Positions 26,011 through 35,721 of a stretch of DNA of 64,000 nucleotides are shown here, piece after piece. Within the stretch, counting starts at the first letter, position 1. The number at the start of each line of letters is the position of its first letter. The stretch comes from a virus. Its lineage: Duplodnaviria; Caudoviricetes. The translations under genes and the position numbers were made by a program. Under the pieces are notes generated by a model, which saw only the letters and a program-made list of their open reading frames with translations, was not told the origin of the DNA and made no database searches. Location of the stretch: IMG/VR virus record IMGVR_UViG_3300020045_002727, positions 1 through 64,000 of that record; one strand, written 5' to 3'.

Positions 26011-27073
26011 AAAAGATTCCAATGGTAAAGTTCGATACATCACCATTGGTAATTTCGGAGCAGTAATAACTCAACAATCTGGTATTGTAGGTTCTGACAA
26101 ATTTGTAGAACACTCTAAAACAGCTACTGGAAAGAACGTTAGAAGAGCAAATGAAACTTCACCAGAATATCAAGCTGAACTTGAAGTTACAGCATGGGTT
26201 AAGGATAAATTAACCAAAGGTTATTTTAGGACAATAGAGGAAACAAAATCAGCCGAGGTAGTACTACCTATGTTAGCAAAAGATTTCTTCAAGGAACGTC
26301 ACAAAATTGACTGGAATAAAGATGTGATAGTGGTTCAACCAAAGTTGGATGGGATGAGATGTTTAGCATTCGTTTCAGCCGATGGTAAAGTAGAGCTTGT
26401 ATCACGAGCTGGGAAGAAGATTGAGAACATGATGCATATTGAGAAAGAGCTGTCAACACTGGGTGTGGATGTGATTCTTGATGGTGAATTATATGTTCAT
26501 GGTGAAGGATTCCAGACTAATATGTCATACGTTAAAAAATATGTTGAAGGGAAGTCGGAGAGGATTATTTTTAATGTTTATGATATGGTTAGTGATAGAC
26601 CTTATTTATCTAGGATTGATAAAGTTAAAACTATCATCGACCATTTGAAAAAAGTAAGACCTTTATTTTACAGCACTGTTGGAACAGAGGATGAACTCAA
26701 ACAACATTTTACAATTTACATAAAAGAAGGATACGAAGGCGCAATGGTCAAAATATCTAAATCTGGCTACAAGTCCAACGCCCGTAGTTCCGAACTATTA
26801 AAGTACAAAAAGTTCATCGACATCCAACTACCAATCAAAGACATCATTCCAGCAGACCAAAGACCTACATGGGGAATCCCAGTGTACTATTGGGAAGGAG
26901 CTGATGATGACACTTTGAAATCTGGTACAAAAATGAGTCACGAAGAACGTGAGGACTTGTTGACCAACAAAGATAAATACATCGGACAGATGGCAGAGGT
27001 TAGATTTTTTGAATATTCAGATGCTGGAGTACCGAGGTTTCCAGTGACTGTAGGTATTAGACTTGATAAATAG
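25991..27073 (+). CDS. ATP-dependent DNA ligase with WGR-like N-terminus
   Basis: QPKLDGMRC, LDGELY, FNVYD, EGYEGAMVK, LLKYK, VRFFE...GVPRFP. Confidence 0.93.
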   Translation: MITTIYKKDSNGKVRYITIGNFGAVITQQSGIVGSDKFVEHSKTATGKNVRRANETSPEYQAELEVTAWVKDKLTKGYFRTIEETKSAEVVLPMLAKDFFKERHKIDWNKDVIVVQPKLDGMRCLAFVSADGKVELVSRAGKKIENMMHIEKELSTLGVDVILDGELYVHGEGFQTNMSYVKKYVEGKSERIIFNVYDMVSDRPYLSRIDKVKTIIDHLKKVRPLFYSTVGTEDELKQHFTIYIKEGYEGAMVKISKSGYKSNARSSELLKYKKFIDIQLPIKDIIPADQRPTWGIPVYYWEGADDDTLKSGTKMSHEEREDLLTNKDKYIGQMAEVRFFEYSDAGVPRFPVTVGIRLDK

Positions 27074-27078
27074 GAATT

Positions 27079-27384
27079 ATGGGACATTATAGAGAACCTG
27101 TAAAAAATACTTGTCCAGATGTAGACAAAGGTTTGAGAATTATTGAAACCATCACTAAAGAGGTTAATGATAGAAAGAAAGACCCAAGTATAACTGAATA
27201 TGAGAGCGATGCTTTATACATCATTGAAAGCTACCTTTCAGATTTACCTGATATTTTAGAAGGTCTTAGAGAATCTAATTCAAAACTAAGAGATTGGGGA
27301 GCAGAAGAAGCAGAAAATTTTGATGCAGCTGAACAAGAAATAGAAAGATTAAACAATGAACTAGAAACATGGAAAATAAAATAG
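27079..27384 (+). CDS. hypothetical protein
   Basis: ORF track. Confidence 0.65.
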   Translation: MGHYREPVKNTCPDVDKGLRIIETITKEVNDRKKDPSITEYESDALYIIESYLSDLPDILEGLRESNSKLRDWGAEEAENFDAAEQEIERLNNELETWKIK

Positions 27385-27605
27385 AAAAGCACGAGTATCT
27401 TCGAGAAGAAGACTACTACGAATCAAGAAGCATTCAAAAAGGTAGAACTGATAAGTATTGTGAAGGATGTCATAAGACGATTCCGAAAGGAATGCCTCAC
27501 TTGATGCATCATTTTTACCCAGAATTTGATGCTTATGCAACACATGTTGAGTGTGAACAGATTTTTAAAGATTCATTAATTACAGAAGATGATGAACAGA
27601 CCTGA
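27369..27605 (+). CDS. small Cys/His (zinc-binding-like) protein
   Basis: CEGCHK...HVEC. Confidence 0.6.
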   Translation: MENKIEKHEYLREEDYYESRSIQKGRTDKYCEGCHKTIPKGMPHLMHHFYPEFDAYATHVECEQIFKDSLITEDDEQT

Positions 27606-27757
27606 ATATAATAATGTTACAGGTAATCTTGTAACATTAATCCAAACAGAAGAAGATAAAAAGTACAGTCTTGAACATAATGTAACTAAATTCTCATCAA
27701 TTATTTATAATGGTAAGACAATTACTGATTGTGATGAAATTAATAAAATATTAGGAG

Positions 27758-28588
27758 ATGAACCATAAACAATACGTAATAGCCGACCTCCATTTCAGCC
27801 ATTTAAACATGGCTTTAAAACGAGGTTTCTCCTCAGCCGAGGAACACGACCAGCACATCATCGATAGATGGAACAGTGTGGTTAAAAAGAAGGATACTGT
27901 TTGGATTCTAGGTGATGTCACCATGGAGAAAAAATCTCCGTATGACCTTCTGGATAAACTAAACGGTTACAAGAAAGTTGTACTAGGGAATCATGATGAT
28001 GGTAATCACATTCCAGAATTATTGAAACATGTCAATTCGGTTTGTGGAATGGTTAAGCACAAAGGATTTTTGTTAACACATTGTCCAGTCCATGAATCAC
28101 AATTAGAAAGGTACGATGCAAACATACACGGACATGTCCATGAGAACTCTTTAGAGGACTTTAGATACATTAATGTGAGTGCAGAGGTATTAGACTATAC
28201 CCCAGTGGAAATTGATGCCTTAAAAGAAGTATTTTTACCAATTCCGAATTATGAAGGATTGTATGAAGTTTCTAATCATGGGAGGGTTAAGTCACTTGCT
28301 GGTAAAAACGAAAAGATTTTAAAGAATCGTACTGGCGGTAATACAAAATATCAGGCTGTAATTTTAAGTAAAAATGGAGTTCCTGAAAGCTGCCGAGTTC
28401 ATTCATTGGTTGCTAAAGTTTTCCTTGGTCATACTCCATGTGGACACGAATTAGTGATAGACCATAAGAATAGTATTGCTACGCATAATTACCTTTGGAA
28501 CTTACAGATTATAAGCCAGAAGGAGAATGTTGAGAAGATTAAGAGGCTCGGGAAGGACGGGTATATGAAAATTAATTCTAAATATTAA
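27758..28588 (+). CDS. calcineurin-like metallophosphoesterase fused in frame to NUMOD4-HNH
   Basis: ADLHF, LGD, GNHD, HCP, HGHVH; then IPNYEGLYEVSNHGRVKS, VHSLVA..F, IDHKN...NLQIISQKEN. Confidence 0.85.
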   Translation: MNHKQYVIADLHFSHLNMALKRGFSSAEEHDQHIIDRWNSVVKKKDTVWILGDVTMEKKSPYDLLDKLNGYKKVVLGNHDDGNHIPELLKHVNSVCGMVKHKGFLLTHCPVHESQLERYDANIHGHVHENSLEDFRYINVSAEVLDYTPVEIDALKEVFLPIPNYEGLYEVSNHGRVKSLAGKNEKILKNRTGGNTKYQAVILSKNGVPESCRVHSLVAKVFLGHTPCGHELVIDHKNSIATHNYLWNLQIISQKENVEKIKRLGKDGYMKINSKY

Positions 28589-28591
28589 ATT

Positions 28592-28852
28592 ATGTCAGAT
28601 ATTAAAAATATAAACGAACATGCTGGATGGTACGCTTCTTATTCAGGAGACCAAGGAGCAGCCTTAATCTTAGCACAGCAATTAAAAATAAAACAGCTGA
28701 CTGAGTTAATTGATAAAATAAAAATGGATTTGGAATTAACAGATGAGCCAAGAGTTGAATCTGATGAATTAGTTTTAAGCTCTATAAAGAAATTAGTTGA
28801 GAATATACCTGAAATAGAATATACTAAAGGTTATTTTAAATGGATTGGATAA
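28592..28852 (+). CDS. hypothetical protein
   Basis: Last gene of the + strand block. Confidence 0.6.
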   Translation: MSDIKNINEHAGWYASYSGDQGAALILAQQLKIKQLTELIDKIKMDLELTDEPRVESDELVLSSIKKLVENIPEIEYTKGYFKWIG

Positions 28853-28853
28853 C

Positions 28854-28886
28854 AAAAAACCCCGTTGGATTTCTCCTTCGGGGTTT
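28854..28886. terminator. bidirectional terminator at convergence point
   Basis: A run-CCCCG-TT-GGATTTCTCC-TT-CGGGG-T run. Confidence 0.8.
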
Positions 28887-28923
28887 ATCTTTTGTCACAT
28901 ATTTAGCATATATTTGTGACAGT

Positions 28924-31900
28924 TTACTCACTAACTTTACTGGTTTTAACCAGCTCTTTACGTACTTTCTCTAGCTCTCTATAGCTATCAGCTTCAACTC
29001 CTGTTGTTGCTCTCAAACATTCCATTATAAACATTGCTCTCATAAATCTTAAATGTGATGGATTGTCCATTATAAAATGTTCCTCTTTACCCCAATCATT
29101 CGTGATGTATGCCTCACCATCGTAAGCAAAATCTGCATTCTCAACTATTTGATTCTTAATATCAACTGGTATAGAATAAATTCCATAAACACTTTTCCCT
29201 TTGTTATCAAATGTATAGAATGGTAAAGAACCGTTCTCTTTCTTATATGCATCAGCCCATTGTTTGTATGTAGTAAATTCTTCATCTTCGTTTCCGAATA
29301 AATAATGGAATCTATTTAACAACTCAATCTGACTATCCTCCATGAAATTACCAATTAATAATGGATTCAAATCCTTTGTCAGGTTAGAGTAAAACTGTTT
29401 AGTCTTAAACTTCCAATCAATCTCTTTATTCATCCATTCTTGGTGTCTTTCACTATCATCTTCATCGTCAACTAGGAATGAGAACAACGCTGCCGTATTT
29501 GATGTTAAAAGTGTTAAAGCAAAAGCCTTAATCCCTTGGAACATCACTTGTTCAGTTACCGTTGCTGCTAATGACCTAACAGATTTCTTTAATGATGTAT
29601 TTTTACCTTGTGATGTTGTGTGAGCATTTTGTAACATGTTACCGTTCATAACAGAATCGATTAATTCTCTTGATGTCATGTTTTGAACTTGTTGTGCAAA
29701 CTTACCATTCTTACGGGTATTCATAATTTCACTAATATCTAAAGTCATCCTCATTTTACTGTTGATGTTGAATTGCTGGAATGGTAAGAAGATTGAACGT
29801 AATGCTGCAACCCCAACATGAGGATTGCTGAACAAACTGGCAGACCTTTGGTTATTTGATGCTACTTGTGTTTCTTCAACTCTAACCTCTGCATAAGATG
29901 CTGCAAGTTGTCTAACTTCATCATTCTCTATCAATTCATGTTCTCTTGAAATGTCAATGTTATTAACATCTCGACCATTCTTCTTCAAGTACTCTAAATA
30001 ATAAGTAGTCCATGCTGCTCTAGCCACAGCCTCGTCACCAGCTTGTAAAGGTTTCATTAAAACATCCCTTGTTTTATCAAAGAACTGTCCAAACTTCCTA
30101 GAGACATTAGATACACCTCCAGATACACCTTTATATTTATTCAAGTCTGTTGCACTATCCGCTATAGAACGAGTACCTAAAATACTCTTACCACGCATAC
30201 TCGTTGAGTAATCTTCAAGTAATGTGTTGTTTTGTGACACTCTAAAATTAGATATGAAACTACCCATGTTTTTAGTACCAACTTGAACAGCTACTTGTGA
30301 CATAACTGGAACAGTTTGTTTTATGATAGCTGTAACACCACCTAACGCAGCTGTAACCCCAATTCTCTTGAATACACTTTCAACTTTTGATATAGCTCTT
30401 TCAGAATCTGATGTTTCATTTAAAAATCCAGAAGCTAACTTTTGCATGTAGTTTATTCTATTAACGAAAACAGATGTTGTATTTTTACCCATTAAGGCTT
30501 TAATCTGCTTACTATTGAAGAAACTTCTTATGTGTTGCATCGCACTGGAAGTGTGAATGTCATTCAGACCCATTTTAAACCTATTCAACATCGCTGCATC
30601 AAAATCTAAATCTAGCATACCATTGTTAGGTAACTTTTTAGATTTGTTTCGCTTAACGGTTGTAGAAGCCTGTTTAGGTGCTGAAATCCCACCATAATTA
30701 AATGATGAGCCACTTTCTTCATCTAATGATGCCCCTCTATCAACTTTTATTTTGATAGGTAAGTAATTATCAGATACTTCGTTAAATATTTCGTTATGAA
30801 CTACTTCTGTATTCTCCTTCAATTCTTCCTTAATACTTGCAAACTTATCCATCCAGAATTTAACAAGTTCATAGTTACCATCATCTCTTGATTTTAAATG
30901 GTCTAATATTTCTTGTTGTGTTTCAAAACCTTTAAACTCATCATAAATTGATTGAGTTTCATCTTGGTATTTATCATCCTTCTTGATGTGGTCTTCCATT
31001 CTAGCCTTATTAATCTCTAACTCCTCTTTGGTACTACCTTGGATTAAGTTTGAGACTACTCCACGTAACATTGTGTTATCTGAGTTTCTAAGGTTTTTAT
31101 TTTTAACCGATAAAGTTTTGAATAATGAATCCAACTCTTTAGTTGCAGCATCTACCAATCTATCAACTCGAACTTGACCTTTACTTAAATTACTCAAACC
31201 TGAGAAGTAGTTAAATTCACCCATTAATGCTGGTGTCTTGTAAACTTCTTTCATCATCAATGCCAGAGATTTAAGGTCATTTATTGGATTACCTTTTGTA
31301 ACTTTAGTGTCAATGTTTATCTTACCTAATGGTACACCTGACTTAATCACTTTCGTTACAAACTTATACATACTATTGATGGCTTCTATTTCTGATGCTA
31401 TTTTACCAGCTCCAGCTAAATTACCATTTGTGAGTAAATTTTGAACTGCTTTGATGTACTCTTTAAGAGCTACTGAATCCATAAATTCAAGGTTAGCTTT
31501 ACTCAATTGTTTAGCCACCTCTCTCGATTTTGGTAGTTTGATTGTGTTAAAATCAAAACCACTAATTGCTAACTCATATATTTCAGCAATAGATTTCAAC
31601 TTATCCTTTAAAGCGTTAGCTTTATCAAGGGATGCTTGTTTCTTCTCTTCTAGTGTTGCACCATCTACATTAATATCTGTATCCCAGAAATCTCTTAATT
31701 CTGAATCAGTCATATTCAAACCTGTTACATCTATACCCATCAAGCCTAAAGCATCTTTGATTTCTTCAATCCTGTTAGCTTCTGCGTTGTCAACTAGCTT
31801 TTGTAGAGTGTTGTAAGCAGCATCTACATCTACCATTTTCTGTTTACTACCTTGAACTGGAGCGTTTGAGTTTTTAATCTCATTAAGTAAATCAGAGAAA

Positions 31901-34900
31901 ACTTGTAAGTCTGCTTGATTTAAGTATTTCTCATTAACCCCATTGGCAGCTTTACCTAACTCCCTAACGTTTGCTGGTGTAGTCTTTGGTAATCTGTTGA
32001 CATCTCTTTTTGCTTTCCTAACTTCAACGAGTTTAGCTCTATCATTTATTTTTGATATAACCTTATTAACCCTATCCATGAATTTAGCCACCGCTGCTGC
32101 ATCACTTGTATTTAATTTTACAGCACCTTTAAGCATCGATTTTAATATCGCTGGACTAATTGTTCCATTCTTAGATAATGTTTCAACCAACTGTCTTAAA
32201 TTAGCTACAGCGGCTGTCCTGTTTTGATTATCAAATGACCTTTGAACTCTTTGAGCTTGTTCAGCTGTTTTAAGTTTAAGTTTTAACAATTTGCTTTCGG
32301 TTGTTTCAACCTTACGAGATGTATCGGTTTGACCTGTCTTCTCACGGATTGTCTTCTTAATTTTAGAAGACTTATTACGAGTTTCCTTACGGATTTGCTC
32401 CTCACTGTTTGAGATAATGTCTAATAAACCTTGTTTGTGAAACTCACTCTTTTCAGATTTGGTTAGATTCTTGTACCAATCAGTGTTAACAATATGATTT
32501 AAACCTGCTGATGTAATATCCGCTGTAAGTTTTGAAACTTTGGCTGCAATAATCATTGCATCGATAGCCCCAGATAAAACTTGTGTTGGAACGAACATAC
32601 TGTTAAGATTACCTTTACTTTGTTCTTTCAAGGTAGCTTTAGCTTTTTCTAGTAATGATATGGCTTTGTTAACACCCAAATCACTAGCTAAGTCAATCTT
32701 CTCAATTTCTTTTACAGTTTCCTGTACTTCTGGTTCAGCACCTTGTTCTGTTCTGGTGTTAAAATCATACCCTACTGAGTAATCTACATTCTTACCACCT
32801 ATTTTAATTGCTGAGTAATCATCTGGTCTTGATTCAAATGCATCATTTTCTTTAACTCTAGGGTTCATCGTACCATCTTGATAAATCAGACCTTCATCTG
32901 TGGCTACTGATTTTTGCTTGAACTCTTTAGCAAACTCTATGGCATCCTCTTTGGTTAAATCCTCAACTAAGAAACTATTTTCAGAGTTACCGTATTTACC
33001 GAATATTGGTTGTGGGTCGTAACCTTTAGATTTCAACCATTCGATAGCTCTTTCATTGTTATTGAAATTAGCATCATCTGATACTTGTTCGGCATCTGGA
33101 TTCTCAGCTGTCAACATTCCCCACTTACCATTTTGGATGGTCTCCTTGAAATCTTCCTCTGTTTTAAATTTAGATTCTGGTAAGGTCTCTTTAGTTTGAG
33201 CATCCCATTCAGCAGTCCTTTCAGTTTTTATACCGCTATCAACTACTTGCTCGGTCTTTTTGGTTTCCTCGGTTTGCCCTTGGTTGACCTGTCCTTCTTC
33301 ATTAACGGCTTCGGTATTGTTGAGCCTTGTTTTTGTGACATCTAATAATTGTTTTAGTTCTGTTTTCTCTTTATCAATACGTTCTTTGTAAGTCTCTTTC
33401 AAGGCTGGGTGAACGTTATCCATTTGAACAGTGATGTTATCAATAGATTGAAGTTTTTTCATTACTTCAAAAGCTACAGTATTATTTGTTTTAGGTGGAA
33501 TTTGATTACTATACTTTTTGAATGTATCTACATCTTCCCTTAATGCTTTAGCTTGTTCTGGTGTGGCTAAACCTTTACTTACGTAATTATCTAATGATTT
33601 AGTAAAATTATCGTAGTTTTGATTTAATTTAGATAACACATCCAATTTATCCATTCCTTTCATCATTGATGGGCTATTCATTATCAATGCTGATGTGAAA
33701 GCCAATGATGTAGTATTTATGAAATCTTCCATGGTGTAAGTATCTTTTAATAGATTCTCACCAGCTAGTTCATTTATGTTCTTGTTTACTACAGTGTTTT
33801 CAAGACCTTGTTGGATGTTTTCTTGAACAACTTCTTTACCTGCTTCTTCTAAGGCTTGAACACCACCCCTTTGAACATTAGATAATGAATTTTTAACACC
33901 TTTAAGAAGTCCTTTAGAACCTTCTTTTAAAGCATTTTTAAATGAATCCATTCCTTCTGTTTCAATTAATGGTAGAGCTTTACGAATCAAACTTTTAACA
34001 CTATTTCCTTCAAGTGCTTGTAGTATAGGTGTTTGAGGTGCTATGAATGCTGTAGCTCCGTATAACAGTGCCATTTCTGCACCTGCCTCATTAGCTATCA
34101 GTTTAGCATCATCATCACTCTTACCAGCTTCTTTCATCGCTGAATACGCTGTTTCATAACCGTTTGAATAACCGTATGCACCTTGTGTAATTAATACATC
34201 ACCATATAAAGATGGTATTTTGGTTAACTTGTCAGCCAGTGGTGAAGACATTACTCTACCTAATCCAGTGTTAGCCACTACATTTTCAATGGTAGAAGCC
34301 AAACCTATTTCTTCTGCTCCAACAGCGGCTATTTTACCAATGGTTGAAGTTGCAGAACCGATTCCTCTTGTTAACAATAATTGAATAGCCATATCACCGA
34401 TTACACCTGATGACTGTTGAACCATACCACCTATAGATGTAGAACTTGAAGTGTTTTTAACTCCTGATGCCATGTTCTTGATTTCATTGTAATCACTATC
34501 ATCTAGGACATCAGTAGCTCTTAATTTCTCGTCAACATCATAAATATCTCCAGTTCTTTCGTTGTATAAATAATTAGTTCCTTTGTAGTTCACTTCTTTA
34601 CCTGTGGCGTGACTGTAGTATAAATCAGGTACAGATGTGTATCTGGATTCTTGTTCCTTTTGTAATCTGATATTTGTAGCTTCATCGTCTAAACCTACTT
34701 TATCTAGTACTGTAGCACTTAATCCGTGGATACTTTGTATTACACCTTCATAAGCACCCTTCAAACCATTAGTCCATCTATCTCCGTTACCTTCTTTGTA
34801 CTTCTTGTATTCCTCTTTAACCCTTTCTTTTTTGGCTTCTTCATATGCCTTATAAGCTGGTAGGTTCTTACTTATGAAATTGATATACTTTTCAGTTTTA

Positions 34901-35715
34901 TCTTTCAAGTTTTTAGAAGACATTTCATAAAGAGCATCAGCATTCTGAACACCACTATTTTTAAGTTCGATTGCGTGAGCTAATGCTTTTTTATCTTTGG
35001 CTGTAGATTGGTCGAAGTATTTATTTAGTAAGTTTAATCTTTGAGTGTCGTAAGCTAAATCAGAATCATACATATCAGCTTTATTAAACTTACCATCTTG
35101 AACCAATTGATTAAACCCTTCTTTTAATCCATTAACTTCTAAGTACCCATCAAAATCTTTAGGGTCTACACCCATATCTTGTAACTCTTTCTTACCAAAA
35201 TATTTACTAACAAAATCATCAGCATCAGTTTCTATCTCTAAAACCTTATCACCTTCTTTTTTATAAGTGACTGCTGTTTTGGAGAATCTAGCATAAGGAT
35301 TATCTAAATCATATTGAGTTTCCTCCAGAGGTGCTTCTTCTGCTTGTTTATTAGCTAAAGCTGTTTCAGCTTGAATTTGCTGATTAAGGTTTGGATTTTG
35401 CTTTTTATAAGCGGTTTGTTTCTTTACCTCTGCATTAGTTTGCTCTTTAGTTATTGATTTAGTCGGGTCTTCTAAATCATAAAGGTTCTCTTTTATTTTA
35501 GATGGTTTTACCGAGTAATCTTTTAGCAAAGAGTATTGAGTCCCCCCACCACTTTTTACTGCGGTGGGTTGAGACTTTTTTCCTTTGGTTTCATTATAAC
35601 GTGAAATGACCGATTTAATGTTTTCTGGTGACTCTTTGGCAGCCTCCATCTTTTTAATGATACCTGCTAACTCTTGTTTTTGAGCTGGGTCTAAAATTAT
35701 TTCTTCTTCGTCCAT
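28924..35715 (-). CDS. giant (2263 aa) putative DNA-ejection/internal virion protein with DUF3293-like insert
   Basis: Last in the ejection-protein run after the tail genes; helical composition; WGMLTAENP...GKYG..ENSFLV insert. Confidence 0.65.
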   Translation of the reverse strand: MDEEEIILDPAQKQELAGIIKKMEAAKESPENIKSVISRYNETKGKKSQPTAVKSGGGTQYSLLKDYSVKPSKIKENLYDLEDPTKSITKEQTNAEVKKQTAYKKQNPNLNQQIQAETALANKQAEEAPLEETQYDLDNPYARFSKTAVTYKKEGDKVLEIETDADDFVSKYFGKKELQDMGVDPKDFDGYLEVNGLKEGFNQLVQDGKFNKADMYDSDLAYDTQRLNLLNKYFDQSTAKDKKALAHAIELKNSGVQNADALYEMSSKNLKDKTEKYINFISKNLPAYKAYEEAKKERVKEEYKKYKEGNGDRWTNGLKGAYEGVIQSIHGLSATVLDKVGLDDEATNIRLQKEQESRYTSVPDLYYSHATGKEVNYKGTNYLYNERTGDIYDVDEKLRATDVLDDSDYNEIKNMASGVKNTSSSTSIGGMVQQSSGVIGDMAIQLLLTRGIGSATSTIGKIAAVGAEEIGLASTIENVVANTGLGRVMSSPLADKLTKIPSLYGDVLITQGAYGYSNGYETAYSAMKEAGKSDDDAKLIANEAGAEMALLYGATAFIAPQTPILQALEGNSVKSLIRKALPLIETEGMDSFKNALKEGSKGLLKGVKNSLSNVQRGGVQALEEAGKEVVQENIQQGLENTVVNKNINELAGENLLKDTYTMEDFINTTSLAFTSALIMNSPSMMKGMDKLDVLSKLNQNYDNFTKSLDNYVSKGLATPEQAKALREDVDTFKKYSNQIPPKTNNTVAFEVMKKLQSIDNITVQMDNVHPALKETYKERIDKEKTELKQLLDVTKTRLNNTEAVNEEGQVNQGQTEETKKTEQVVDSGIKTERTAEWDAQTKETLPESKFKTEEDFKETIQNGKWGMLTAENPDAEQVSDDANFNNNERAIEWLKSKGYDPQPIFGKYGNSENSFLVEDLTKEDAIEFAKEFKQKSVATDEGLIYQDGTMNPRVKENDAFESRPDDYSAIKIGGKNVDYSVGYDFNTRTEQGAEPEVQETVKEIEKIDLASDLGVNKAISLLEKAKATLKEQSKGNLNSMFVPTQVLSGAIDAMIIAAKVSKLTADITSAGLNHIVNTDWYKNLTKSEKSEFHKQGLLDIISNSEEQIRKETRNKSSKIKKTIREKTGQTDTSRKVETTESKLLKLKLKTAEQAQRVQRSFDNQNRTAAVANLRQLVETLSKNGTISPAILKSMLKGAVKLNTSDAAAVAKFMDRVNKVISKINDRAKLVEVRKAKRDVNRLPKTTPANVRELGKAANGVNEKYLNQADLQVFSDLLNEIKNSNAPVQGSKQKMVDVDAAYNTLQKLVDNAEANRIEEIKDALGLMGIDVTGLNMTDSELRDFWDTDINVDGATLEEKKQASLDKANALKDKLKSIAEIYELAISGFDFNTIKLPKSREVAKQLSKANLEFMDSVALKEYIKAVQNLLTNGNLAGAGKIASEIEAINSMYKFVTKVIKSGVPLGKINIDTKVTKGNPINDLKSLALMMKEVYKTPALMGEFNYFSGLSNLSKGQVRVDRLVDAATKELDSLFKTLSVKNKNLRNSDNTMLRGVVSNLIQGSTKEELEINKARMEDHIKKDDKYQDETQSIYDEFKGFETQQEILDHLKSRDDGNYELVKFWMDKFASIKEELKENTEVVHNEIFNEVSDNYLPIKIKVDRGASLDEESGSSFNYGGISAPKQASTTVKRNKSKKLPNNGMLDLDFDAAMLNRFKMGLNDIHTSSAMQHIRSFFNSKQIKALMGKNTTSVFVNRINYMQKLASGFLNETSDSERAISKVESVFKRIGVTAALGGVTAIIKQTVPVMSQVAVQVGTKNMGSFISNFRVSQNNTLLEDYSTSMRGKSILGTRSIADSATDLNKYKGVSGGVSNVSRKFGQFFDKTRDVLMKPLQAGDEAVARAAWTTYYLEYLKKNGRDVNNIDISREHELIENDEVRQLAASYAEVRVEETQVASNNQRSASLFSNPHVGVAALRSIFLPFQQFNINSKMRMTLDISEIMNTRKNGKFAQQVQNMTSRELIDSVMNGNMLQNAHTTSQGKNTSLKKSVRSLAATVTEQVMFQGIKAFALTLLTSNTAALFSFLVDDEDDSERHQEWMNKEIDWKFKTKQFYSNLTKDLNPLLIGNFMEDSQIELLNRFHYLFGNEDEEFTTYKQWADAYKKENGSLPFYTFDNKGKSVYGIYSIPVDIKNQIVENADFAYDGEAYITNDWGKEEHFIMDNPSHLRFMRAMFIMECLRATTGVEADSYRELEKVRKELVKTSKVSE

Positions 35716-35721
35716 TCTATT

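Noticed and set aside
30590-30620. DLDFD in the 2263-aa protein as a crAss-like virion RNA polymerase DxDxD motif
   Set aside because: It lies in a helical C-terminal region without the G/A-DFD(G/I)D context or recognisable double-psi beta-barrel strands; a profile search would settle it
30983-32782. + strand ORFs inside the giant gene, and similar antisense ORFs throughout the track
   Set aside because: Shadow frames of real genes, without motifs or start context
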